Virus record (IMG/VR): IMGVR_UViG_3300047160_011942
Span: 1 to 60,296 of that record
Strand: one strand, 5' to 3'
Length of the DNA stretch: 60,296 nucleotides
Source of the DNA: a virus
Both the position numbers and the translations under genes were made by a program. Every line of letters begins with the position of its first letter. The stretch's first letter is position 1. This document shows, piece by piece, positions 33,374 through 42,304 of this stretch. The notes under the pieces were generated by a model. That model worked only from the letters and a program-made list of their open reading frames with translations, was not told where the DNA came from and searched no databases.

Positions 33374-34005
33374 ACCGGCGTTCCGTCAGCGATGGTGGGC
33401 GAGATGAACGGGATCTTCTTGTCGCTCAGGCCCACGGCCTGCGCCCACTGTTCGTAGTAGAACTGCGACTTTGCGATGTCCTGCTTCTTCGTGTTGACCG
33501 CGTAGGCACGGTGCAGCGCGAAGCTCTTGACGGGCATCACCCAGGCGTCGGACAGCGCAAACGAGTCGCCCGTTTCGGGCACAGGAGGCACGAACGCGAA
33601 ACGGCCGGTGATCTGCGCGCTGGAACTCGCCGGCGGATAGACCATGAAGTCCAGCGGCGAACGCGGGTCGTAGGTCCAGTGCACGATGTCGGTGGCCTGC
33701 GCCTGCGAGAACCACGTGGGGTCGGTCACCTCGAGCAGTGCACGGTCCACGAGCGTGATCGGCTTGCCACTGGCCGCGTTGCAGAAAATGTCCAGCACCG
33801 CGGTGTGCGCGGCCAACCGTTGCGCCACACCGGCCACGAGACTCGTCGTGACAACCTCGGTACACGCATCGGGTTTCGCGAGCACCGTGGCGCTGTATGC
33901 CTCCCACATCCAGCCGTAGAGGTCGGCATTCGAATACGTCGTGCTGGAGGCATCCAACAGGATGCTCCGCATGTCGGCTTGAATGACTTCGACCAGGAAC
34001 GGCAT
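33370..34005 (-). CDS. Head-tail adaptor-like protein
   Basis: The N-terminal pattern (...ILLDASSTTYSNADLYGWMWEAYSATVLAKPDA) resembles phage adaptor/head-completion families. Confidence 0.55.
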   Translation of the reverse strand: MPFLVEVIQADMRSILLDASSTTYSNADLYGWMWEAYSATVLAKPDACTEVVTTSLVAGVAQRLAAHTAVLDIFCNAASGKPITLVDRALLEVTDPTWFSQAQATDIVHWTYDPRSPLDFMVYPPASSSAQITGRFAFVPPVPETGDSFALSDAWVMPVKSFALHRAYAVNTKKQDIAKSQFYYEQWAQAVGLSDKKIPFISPTIADGTPV

Positions 34006-34020
34006 GGGGTATCCGCTGGA

Positions 34021-34461
34021 TCAGTCCGCGAGATCGCTGCTCGTGGAAGCCGTCGCGGCCTCTTCCGCCTTCGCGTTGGCCGTGGCGATGACCATCTTGC
34101 GCATCGTCTTCGGGTCGAGCTTCGGATCGAGCGCGAGGCCCAGCTCGTTGAACGCGAAGGTCGTCAGTTCTTCCTTGGTCATCGTGCCGACGTCGACCTC
34201 GGGCTTCTCGTCTTCGACCGAGCTGTCGACGATGCGCCGCACCGCCGACACCGACTTGATGTAGGCCTGCCGCTCGGCGAGCGTCGCGGTGGGCTTGCCG
34301 CGGTACGGCCGCCAGTCGGCCAGCGCCGCCGTGTTCTTGACGTTCGGGATCAGCCGCGCGTCGTAGATGTTGATCAGGAACGGCACCTTCGAGTCCTGCT
34401 TCATCTCCTTTTGCTTCGCGGACAGGACGCTTTCCTGATCGCCGCTGATGACGTGGGCCAT
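34021..34461 (-). CDS. Hypothetical head-module protein ending in acidic tail SDLAD
   Basis: ATG 34461 with AAGGAAG SD. 146 aa. C-terminus ...EEAATASTSSDLAD. Confidence 0.6.
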   Translation of the reverse strand: MAHVISGDQESVLSAKQKEMKQDSKVPFLINIYDARLIPNVKNTAALADWRPYRGKPTATLAERQAYIKSVSAVRRIVDSSVEDEKPEVDVGTMTKEELTTFAFNELGLALDPKLDPKTMRKMVIATANAKAEEAATASTSSDLAD

Positions 34462-34543
34462 GCTTCTTCCTTTCAATGGACGACCGGCGCCACGAGGGCG
34501 CCGGGTTGCGGGTCAAGCCGGCCGGCAGCCGGCAACGAATCGA

Positions 34544-34777
34544 TCAGGCGCCCGACGGGCCGGCACCACTGCCGGTGACCGCGCGATGCTTGATCGCGCC
34601 CTGGTTGCCCTTGGTGCCGCCACCTTCACCGCCCGGCTGGTTGGTGATGTGGCCGCTCGGGTAGCGCGCCGAGTGCTTGCTGCCAGCCTTCGACAGCTCG
34701 CGGGTGATGGTGTCGGGCGGCATGGCGAACGTCTCGCCGGACGCCGGGCCGTAGGGGTTCTTGGTGGTGAGGGCCAT
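34544..34777 (-). CDS. Small Gly-rich head-module protein
   Basis: ATG 34777 with GGAGA SD, immediately downstream of the capsid gene. Confidence 0.5.
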   Translation of the reverse strand: MALTTKNPYGPASGETFAMPPDTITRELSKAGSKHSARYPSGHITNQPGGEGGGTKGNQGAIKHRAVTGSGAGPSGA

Positions 34778-34842
34778 GAGGATCTCCAGTGAAGGTTGCG
34801 GGTCATGCATAGCCGGCCGCAAAACCGGCTACGAGCGAGGCG

Positions 34843-35772
34843 TCAGCCGCGCATCACGACGCCCATGCCCAGGTACTTGCCCTGGATCGTCTTGAAGCCG
34901 TAGACCATGAGGCCACGGATGATGTACCCGAAGTCGTTCGGGTTGGTGATCATCTCGTTTTCCACGATCTGCGCGGCGAACGTGAGGCCCGCCGAGTGGC
35001 CGAACATCACGTAGGTGGCCGGGCCCGGCGACACCTGCGTGAGGAGGTTGCGCGACTGGTACAGCGTGAAGCGGTCCACCTCGCCGACCTTGCCGTTGCG
35101 CAGAATCGAGATCCCGTCACCGGCAAGCGATGCGATGCGCAGGTCGGACTTCTTGATCGCCGCCATGAACCAGGGCGGACCGACGAACCAGCGCCCCTCG
35201 TCAGGCACGTTCTGTTCATCGAGCACCGTGCCGCAATCCACGAGGTAGTTGACCACCGTCGAGCCCGTGATGGACACGGGCGTCGTGGAGTCCCCGAGCA
35301 CGATGTGCCCGGAGTCCGCGCCGGCGTTGTTGCCCTGGTTGGCCGCATCGACCTGCGCCGGGATGGTCGTGAGCACGTCCGCGTCGGCGGCAATGCGCAA
35401 CTGGATCGACGCGTCGTTGGCGAACACGTCGGCCATGTCGATATCGGACTGGCGGGCGTCCACGAGCGTGAGTGCGACCGCGAAGGACTTCGCACGGTCG
35501 ATCGTCAGCGTGACCGACGGGCTCGAGGGGTACTGGGCCGTCAGGCCCGCGCCCACGATGTAGTCCGAGACGGTGACGTCGGGGATCGTGCGGATCTTGA
35601 CCGTGGCGCCGAACGCCGCGATCTCGCCTTCGTAGTCGGTCGAGGCGATCTCGCCGAACACGGTGGACTTGTAGAACTTCTCGACCAGCTTGCCCGAGTA
35701 GATTTCCGGGTCGTAGTTGATCGTGCCCGAGACCCCGTAGTCGGGGAGGGCGGTGGCGCGATTGACACCCAT
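34843..35772 (-). CDS. Major capsid protein (HK97-fold type)
   Basis: 309 aa, directly downstream of the scaffold-like gene. Composition and length typical of a capsid protein. No competing protein-like frame. Confidence 0.8.
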   Translation of the reverse strand: MGVNRATALPDYGVSGTINYDPEIYSGKLVEKFYKSTVFGEIASTDYEGEIAAFGATVKIRTIPDVTVSDYIVGAGLTAQYPSSPSVTLTIDRAKSFAVALTLVDARQSDIDMADVFANDASIQLRIAADADVLTTIPAQVDAANQGNNAGADSGHIVLGDSTTPVSITGSTVVNYLVDCGTVLDEQNVPDEGRWFVGPPWFMAAIKKSDLRIASLAGDGISILRNGKVGEVDRFTLYQSRNLLTQVSPGPATYVMFGHSAGLTFAAQIVENEMITNPNDFGYIIRGLMVYGFKTIQGKYLGMGVVMRG

Positions 35773-35810
35773 GGTGATGCTCCGGTGAAGCCTTCAGGCC
35801 TCGCAGAGGC

Positions 35811-36860
35811 TCAAGCTGCGGACAGCTTGCCCCGGCGAGGGGTAATGGCCAACCGAGCTTCGAACCGAGCGCGATCTTCCGCACTGACCCGGTCCCCGTT
35901 GCGATCGAGCGACGCGCGCTTGTAGAACTCCTGGATCTCCCTCGGTGACAGCGGTGTGAGCCCCTGCACCTCGGCGGGCGTGGGCGCCGCGATCGGCGCC
36001 GCACCGCTCGCTCCCCCGCCGTGCGGCACCACGGGGGGTACCGGCACAGGAGCAGCCGCTGGAGGCATCAGCGACGCATCGTAAGCCCGGAAGAGGCTCG
36101 CGGCACCTTCGGCATCGCCGTTGTGCACGTACTCGTTGAGCATCTTCTGGCGCTGGATGCGAGTCGCCGGGTCCACCATGGACAGCCACACGCCAAATGC
36201 AGGGTCGACGTCCGTCGTGCGCCAGCCCGGCACCAACTCGTCGAGTTGGCCGTAGAGCCGATTCACGCGCTCTTGCTTCCGGTCGACGACCTCACGTTCG
36301 CGGGCTTCACGCAGGGGTTTCACCTGCGCTTCCACCTGGGTGCGAACCCGGGAGTCAGCGACTCGGTCAGCGAGGGACGCCATCACCTGACACTGTTCCT
36401 CGCCGTACTTCTCGATCATCTCGGGCGTGAGCCACTGGGTGATGTCGATTGGCGCGCGCGGAGCGGCGTCTTGGAGCTTGCGGATCTCGTCTTCAAGCGT
36501 CGTCACCCGTTGCTGCAACGCCGCATTCGTGTCTCGGGCGCTCCGCAGTTCGCCTTCGCGAACACGGATCTGGCCTTCGACGACACTGAAGCGGTGCTTC
36601 CAGTAAGCCGGATCCGAGTGCCGCGGGTCGTCTACCGGCGGTTGTGCCGGAGGCGTGGCGGCGACGGGCGGCTGGGCCGGTGGTGTCGCAGCGATCGGGG
36701 GTGGCGTTTCGGCAGGCGCCGAGGCCGGAGGGTCGGTGGAAACACCCGGTTCGGTCGGCGCGGGAGCAGTGCGCAGAGCGATCCGCTCTTGTACGCGCAC
36801 CATCTGATCGCGCAACGCCCGATGGGGTTGCCTCTCGTTCAAGGCTGGTGAAGCCGTCAT
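35811..36860 (-). CDS. Scaffolding protein
   Basis: Pro-rich repeat (IAATPPAQPPVAATPPAQPPV) followed by long coiled coils. Located between the portal region and the capsid gene. Confidence 0.65.
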   Translation of the reverse strand: MTASPALNERQPHRALRDQMVRVQERIALRTAPAPTEPGVSTDPPASAPAETPPPIAATPPAQPPVAATPPAQPPVDDPRHSDPAYWKHRFSVVEGQIRVREGELRSARDTNAALQQRVTTLEDEIRKLQDAAPRAPIDITQWLTPEMIEKYGEEQCQVMASLADRVADSRVRTQVEAQVKPLREAREREVVDRKQERVNRLYGQLDELVPGWRTTDVDPAFGVWLSMVDPATRIQRQKMLNEYVHNGDAEGAASLFRAYDASLMPPAAAPVPVPPVVPHGGGASGAAPIAAPTPAEVQGLTPLSPREIQEFYKRASLDRNGDRVSAEDRARFEARLAITPRRGKLSAA

Positions 36861-36932
36861 TCAAGTCTCCGATCCGACCCTGGCAGGGGGCGGGCATCAG
36901 AAACGGGAGGCTTGGGTCGCGGTTCCCGGGGT

Positions 36933-37208
36933 CTAGGCGCCGAGTTCCGGTTCGCTGTCGACGACCCGAGGGGGGCGACGCGAGGAAACTGGCGGTGTTG
37001 CGGGCTTGGCGGCGCGCTCGAGTTCCACGATCAACTCGTCGATCGCGTTGGCAGCACCCTGGGCGCGGAAGATGTCCTCGCCGCGGGCGCCGCGCAACCT
37101 GGTGTCGTAGCGCGTTCGCTCGGCTCGCAGCAGCCTTTGAAGGACTTGACCGTCAGGGCTGCGCGTGAAGCGCATCAGGAAGGTCCGATCCGACTCATCG
37201 AGCTGCAT
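36933..37208 (-). CDS. Hypothetical small protein
   Basis: First ATG of the ORF. Helical, Arg-rich. Confidence 0.45.
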   Translation of the reverse strand: MQLDESDRTFLMRFTRSPDGQVLQRLLRAERTRYDTRLRGARGEDIFRAQGAANAIDELIVELERAAKPATPPVSSRRPPRVVDSEPELGA

Positions 37209-37249
37209 GCTGCTGCGCAATGTATCACTGGTCGGGAACGGGGGTCAAA

Positions 37250-38380
37250 TCACTGTGTCAGCGCCGACAGGTGCTCGCGCGACAAGGGATTGCGCCACGC
37301 ACGCACGCCGCGCAGATACAGCACGCCACCCGTGGTGCTGATGCCCAGATCGAAAGAGGTGTAGGCCACCTTCTGCGCGAAAGCGTCCGCCGTGTGCAAT
37401 GCGAATGCAAAGACTGTCCCATTGACTGCCAAGAGCAAGTTGCCTGGGCTGACCGATGCCGCAACCTTGTTCACGATACCTGCGGAAAGCGCGAAACCGG
37501 TGCTTGCGAGTGTCACCGTGGTGCCGTTGACGGCCCATGCCAATGTCACGATCCCTGTGGCGTCGGCCGTAAGCAGGATTTCGTTGCTCGGCGTACCGTC
37601 GGAGACTCCAGCGAGCCGTATGCCAGCGACAAAATTTACGGGTTGCACTTCGATGTAGTAGGCCAGCCCCATCGTCGTCGGAAAGAACGGCATGGGCAAC
37701 GCGATAGCCGCCTGATCACGGTTACGCACCGTCGTCGAGCCCGCAGTCGACAGGCGCGACGTCACGAAGGCGCCCAGCTCGAGCTGTGCACCGCCAAACA
37801 CTACGGCATCACCGTTGGTGACGATCTGCACGCCCACGGTCATCGTGGTGCTGGAGGCCACCTGCGTCTGCGTGAATCGCGTCAGTGTGCTTGAGACCGC
37901 CACGGCGTTCCACGTCGTGCCGCCGTCGGTGGAGATATTGATGGTGCCCGTGCCGGTCTTGCGCTTGAGGTCGATCGAGAAGACATAGGTCGACCCGTTG
38001 ACGACGGTGATCGCCTGCGTGATCGTGCCATTGGCCGCGCTCGCTGTGAGCGAACCGTAGTCGAGCGTGCCATCCGGACCGGTGTCGGTATTCGCCGTCC
38101 CGGTGGTGTTGGTCTTCGTCCAGCTCGCGTTGTTCGGCGCATCGGAGCGCAGGCACAGATTCGTGCGCGCTTCCTCCATGAACAGGCCCAGCGGGTTGTG
38201 GTTCACGTCCCAGTCGAAACGCGCGGCGCCGGAGGCTGCCGTCTGCATCGTATAGGTCTGGTCGAAGTAGCGCGCCGTGGTCGCGCGCGTGAACACCACC
38301 ATGGGATCCATGGTCAGCCCGACCATCGTCAGGCGTAGCGCCGCCTTGCGCGACTTCAACAAGTGACGCGGCAGTGGCAT
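37250..38380 (-). CDS. Virion protein with CBM/LamG-like beta-sandwich regions
   Basis: ATG 38380, one nt after the upstream stop. WTKTNTTGTANTDTGPDGT...TYVFSIDLKRKTG...WNAV reads like carbohydrate-binding-module/LamG jelly rolls. Confidence 0.55.
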   Translation of the reverse strand: MPLPRHLLKSRKAALRLTMVGLTMDPMVVFTRATTARYFDQTYTMQTAASGAARFDWDVNHNPLGLFMEEARTNLCLRSDAPNNASWTKTNTTGTANTDTGPDGTLDYGSLTASAANGTITQAITVVNGSTYVFSIDLKRKTGTGTINISTDGGTTWNAVAVSSTLTRFTQTQVASSTTMTVGVQIVTNGDAVVFGGAQLELGAFVTSRLSTAGSTTVRNRDQAAIALPMPFFPTTMGLAYYIEVQPVNFVAGIRLAGVSDGTPSNEILLTADATGIVTLAWAVNGTTVTLASTGFALSAGIVNKVAASVSPGNLLLAVNGTVFAFALHTADAFAQKVAYTSFDLGISTTGGVLYLRGVRAWRNPLSREHLSALTQ

Positions 38381-38381
38381 G

Positions 38382-39389
38382 TCAGGCCTCGACGGAGCGC
38401 AGCGAGATGTCGAAGACGGTGGAGTTCGCACCCGGCGTCCAGCCGCCGTTGGTCACGAGGTAACCATAGACGTTGCCTGAAGCGTCGGTTGTCACCTGCT
38501 TGAGCGTGTTGTCGACCTGCACGAACAGGTTGGAGCCGACGTCGGCAATCACGCCAAAGTCGACGTAGCCCATGTAGTTCGTCAGGTCCCCGGATGGTAG
38601 GTCCCAGGCTGCGTTGTCCGCGAGCGCCGACGGCGGTGTGGCATTGTAGAGGTGCAGCCGGAAGCTGGTCATCCCTGCCGGTACCGCCGTGACCTCGTGC
38701 GTCAGGTCGATGGACGTGAGGAAGATCTCCTTGCTCGCCGGCCCCAGGCTCGCGAACGTGAGTGCTGCCGTCGAACCCGTGCCGATCACATCCCCGGCAG
38801 TGTAGGCCGTCGTGTTGGCCGGTCGCGTGACCTGCAGCCGCACGCGGCGGCCGGTGGACGTGACCTCCATGCGGCTGCCGGAGACCGCACCGGCTACCGT
38901 GCCGATATCGCGTGAGATCGAGCGCAGCTTGGCCGAGTTCGTTCCCGTGGCACCTGCCGTGATCGCGGCGTCGTTGGCGGTGCCCATGAGCGCGTCATCC
39001 GTGGCGACGCTGACCGCCAATGCCACGGCTGTCGCCTGCGCTCCATGTGCGGCTGCCACGGTACCGATATCGCGCGAGATCGAACGCAACTTGGCCGACA
39101 CCGAGCCCGAGGCGCCGGCGGTGACCGCGACATCTGCGATCGCGCCCTGGGTGACGTCAGCGCCATCGACGATCGCCCCCGAGGCAATCGAACCGGAAGC
39201 GTAAGCCCCCGAGGCCACGGCACCCGAGGCCATCGTGACCGCTCCGCCGCCCCCGCCACCTCCGCCGCCCGTGCCCGCGAGCGTGAACGTGCCCGCTGGT
39301 CCCTGTACGTAGGGTCCCGTGCCGTCGGACTTCTTCTGCCAGTAGCCGCCGCCGCCAGGGAGTTCGAAATAGTCGGTGGTGGACATCAT
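38382..39389 (-). CDS. Virion protein with poly-Gly tract and internal 25-aa duplication
   Basis: GGGGGGGGG tract. SAKLRSISRDIGTVA occurs twice. Jelly-roll-like C-terminal half. Start overlaps the portal stop. Confidence 0.6.
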   Translation of the reverse strand: MMSTTDYFELPGGGGYWQKKSDGTGPYVQGPAGTFTLAGTGGGGGGGGGAVTMASGAVASGAYASGSIASGAIVDGADVTQGAIADVAVTAGASGSVSAKLRSISRDIGTVAAAHGAQATAVALAVSVATDDALMGTANDAAITAGATGTNSAKLRSISRDIGTVAGAVSGSRMEVTSTGRRVRLQVTRPANTTAYTAGDVIGTGSTAALTFASLGPASKEIFLTSIDLTHEVTAVPAGMTSFRLHLYNATPPSALADNAAWDLPSGDLTNYMGYVDFGVIADVGSNLFVQVDNTLKQVTTDASGNVYGYLVTNGGWTPGANSTVFDISLRSVEA

Positions 39390-41557
39390 TACATCCCCTG
39401 TTGCGGCGCGCCGGCGGCGCCTGCTGAAGCCGGCATGTGCTTGGCGATGGCCGCGGTGACGATGCCTGCAATGGCTTTGGTCTGCTGGCCCGCGGTCTCG
39501 CGCTGGGCGATGGCCGCTTCCTTCTGCGCCTGCATGTTGGCCACGGCCTGTTGCTGCTGGGCCTGCTGTTGCTGCATCATGACCATGTTCTGCTGGATCT
39601 CGTCGTCGGTGGGCACCACGTCGTCAACGGGCAGATCGAGCGCTTGCGCCACCTCGCGCAGCAGCGCACCACGGTGCTTCGGCCCGATGATGGGTGCGTC
39701 GATCGGGTTGGCGGTCAGGCTCAGGAACTGCAGGCGTCGCTGCTGCGCGGACTCGCGGATCAGGATCGCCGCGGCGCCACGCGGCACCACGTTGCACGCG
39801 CCCTTGATCGATGCGTCCGGGTTGTAGAGCATCTCGTGCACGTACGCGTCGTAGACGGTGGGCGCGATGACATTCAGGTCGATGTTGGAGATCGCGCGGC
39901 GCAGTCCCTTGGCCGCGTTGTTCATCAGAGTCGTCAGGCCTGTGGCCGTGTCGGTCGCGCCTCCCATGCCTTCGGTCGAGCCGCTGTAGGTGTACTTCGG
40001 AATCCCCGAAGCGTCGTCGGACTTGACCTCCCACGCGTCGTAGACCTTCATCAACTTGTCGGAGTTGTCGTTGGGCTGGAACTGCCCGATCCCAGGGTTG
40101 GCCGGCGACGACGGGTCGGACTTCAACTGCCAGATCTTCCACGGCATCTGCTCGAGGGTCTGCTCGCCATCGGCGAAGCGATCGGCGTAGACCCAGATCT
40201 GCGGGCCCGAGGCGATCGACAGGTTGTCGGCCATCGCCGAGACCGCCGCGTTGCACAGTTGCTGGCAGGTGCGGATCAGGTCAGGGATCGCGCGACCCCA
40301 GAACGAGCCCGGGATCTCGTCGTAGCAGGCCTTGTGGTAGGGCCGGTGGCCCAGCAAGTTGGGGTTCAGTGCCGCATACAGCACGTAGCGGCCACACACG
40401 ACCACGTTGCATTCGTACTCGCGTGTTTCCTCCAGTGACTCGCCATCGGCCTCAGCGAGCCCCCAGGTCATCAACTTCCAGCCCGGAATCGAGCCCCAGT
40501 AGCTGATGGCGTCGATGACGCCCGGAGGCGCCAACCACATGAAGGTGGTCTGCTGCTCCAGGCGCTGGCGCTCGCTCTCCGTCCAGAGCCAGCCCTCGAG
40601 GTGGCCGTTGGTGTAGTCGCGCAGCGCGCCGTCGATCTGGTCGTTCTTCCAGCCGGGCAGGTCCTTGCAGTCGAACAACTCGTCGCGCCGGAAGCGCAGG
40701 CGCTCGATCATGTCGCCCTTCTGGGGCGTGGCGCTGGCCGCGGCCGGGTAGAAATCGAACGGCCGGACGTTCTTCCAACACTGCACCGGTCGGTACACGA
40801 CTTTCGGCGTGAAGTCGTCACCCCATTCGAGGCTCTTGCGGTACTCGTAGATCGGGCCCTTCAAGATGGCCGCCGGGAACGTGCAGAAGTCCTCGACGAA
40901 GTTGTCCATCGCCTGCGTGTAGCCGCCATCGTCGAGCCGGTCGCCGATCGTGGCCTCCATTCGCTTGGCGCGTTCCTGCGCGATCTTCACGATGGCCTGC
41001 TCGGCATCGTCCTTCAGGCGGTCCCCGATCTCGAGCAGTGTGTCGTGGAAGTCGTCCTTCGACATGACGCCGCCGCCGGCTTGTTGGGTCTGCGTCATGA
41101 CTGCTTGAGCCTGCTGGATCGCCTTGGAGACGATGGACTTCTTCAGTGGCATTGGCAGGTCGGGCGCCGGCTCGGGGTCGATCCCCCAAGGCTGCTCACC
41201 GGCCGGCAGCACGATCTCGCGGATCCAGGCCGAGGCCGCGCGGCACTTGGTCTCGGTCAGCGGCGCCCAGATGATGTTCATGCCGCCGTTGGACGCCGCT
41301 TCGGCCTGCTCCGCTGGCGAGTAGACGCCGCGGCGCGCACGCAGGCAACGCAGCAAGATCTCGTCCATGCGCCACTTCGCAAGCTTGTTGCGCTGCCACG
41401 CGAGGCGCACGTGGCCCGCGAGCGCGGACTCCAGGAGATCACCCGCCAACTCCGTGATCTGCGTCGTGGCGGACGCCGCCTTGTCACGTTCGAGCACGGC
41501 CTGCAGGCCGAGCTGCCGGATCAGGGGTCGCTGGTTGGGGGCTGAGACGTCTGCCAT
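39389..41557 (-). CDS. Portal protein
   Basis: 722 aa, downstream of TerL. Acidic core and a Gln-rich C-terminal barrel-like segment (MQQQQAQQQQAVANMQAQKE). Confidence 0.8.
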   Translation of the reverse strand: MADVSAPNQRPLIRQLGLQAVLERDKAASATTQITELAGDLLESALAGHVRLAWQRNKLAKWRMDEILLRCLRARRGVYSPAEQAEAASNGGMNIIWAPLTETKCRAASAWIREIVLPAGEQPWGIDPEPAPDLPMPLKKSIVSKAIQQAQAVMTQTQQAGGGVMSKDDFHDTLLEIGDRLKDDAEQAIVKIAQERAKRMEATIGDRLDDGGYTQAMDNFVEDFCTFPAAILKGPIYEYRKSLEWGDDFTPKVVYRPVQCWKNVRPFDFYPAAASATPQKGDMIERLRFRRDELFDCKDLPGWKNDQIDGALRDYTNGHLEGWLWTESERQRLEQQTTFMWLAPPGVIDAISYWGSIPGWKLMTWGLAEADGESLEETREYECNVVVCGRYVLYAALNPNLLGHRPYHKACYDEIPGSFWGRAIPDLIRTCQQLCNAAVSAMADNLSIASGPQIWVYADRFADGEQTLEQMPWKIWQLKSDPSSPANPGIGQFQPNDNSDKLMKVYDAWEVKSDDASGIPKYTYSGSTEGMGGATDTATGLTTLMNNAAKGLRRAISNIDLNVIAPTVYDAYVHEMLYNPDASIKGACNVVPRGAAAILIRESAQQRRLQFLSLTANPIDAPIIGPKHRGALLREVAQALDLPVDDVVPTDDEIQQNMVMMQQQQAQQQQAVANMQAQKEAAIAQRETAGQQTKAIAGIVTAAIAKHMPASAGAAGAPQQGM

Positions 41558-41758
41558 GCGATCGAGTCAGGAGGTGACGCGAGCGCGCGAGCCGCGCGGG
41601 TTCGCTGGGTGGATGGAACGGGCCGGCTACTGCGGCTTCGAACCGCTATCTACTCAGGCTTCCGGACCGCGACCCGGGTAGCGCGCCCGGATTCCCGCTG
41701 CTGTCGTGAACGTTCCACCCGGCAATATAACCGGGTTCGGCCTCCCGGCCAAATCGGC

Positions 41759-42259
41759 TCACCACCAATCGACGGCGCTCCAGACCGGCGGGTCGATCTG
41801 CAGCGTCCACCGCACACCCCCATCGGCGCCTGCGCAAATGCCCCCGATGGCGTTTGCGTCGATGGGCCAGATGGATTGCACTTGGCCGTAGGGCAGGCAC
41901 TCGTTCAAGTAGTAGACGACCTCATAGCGGCGCACGTCGTTGCTCAGCAGCACGAGCCGGTAGACCTGCCCCGAGCCCGGCCAATATTGGTAGTGATCGC
42001 CACCCACTTGCGTGGCACCGATCAGCGAGCCGTCGGGCATGACGATCAGATCGGCGAGCGGGGTGGCGCCAGTGCGCTGGCACGCGTAGGCGCGCGGTGC
42101 GCAGAAGGTGTACAGGACGACGGGCCGGTGGTCATCGATGGCGAGGATCTGGCCGCCGTTGTAGGCGCCCCCCGTGGGCGTGGCGAGGTAGGTGGTGGGC
42201 GCGGCAGCCGAGGTGGCCGCAAGCAGGGTGAAAGCGACGAAGGCGAGAAAATTCCGCAT
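41759..42259 (-). CDS. Secreted/periplasmic Cys-containing protein (moron-like)
   Basis: Sec-type signal peptide MRNFLAFVAFTLLAATSAAA-P. 5 Cys in the mature part. GGGAG SD. Inserted between TerL and portal. Confidence 0.6.
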   Translation of the reverse strand: MRNFLAFVAFTLLAATSAAAPTTYLATPTGGAYNGGQILAIDDHRPVVLYTFCAPRAYACQRTGATPLADLIVMPDGSLIGATQVGGDHYQYWPGSGQVYRLVLLSNDVRRYEVVYYLNECLPYGQVQSIWPIDANAIGGICAGADGGVRWTLQIDPPVWSAVDWW

Positions 42260-42304
42260 GGCCGTGCTCCCGGGGATGAGGTACCCGGGATGGTACGCTA
42301 CAGG

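Noticed and set aside
41600-41700. tRNA-like T-loop (gcgg-cttcgaa-ccgc) in the TerL/portal spacer.
   Set aside because: On either strand I could draw only a 4-bp T-like stem and a 5-bp acceptor-like pairing, with no D or anticodon arm. The ttcgaa core is simply palindromic.
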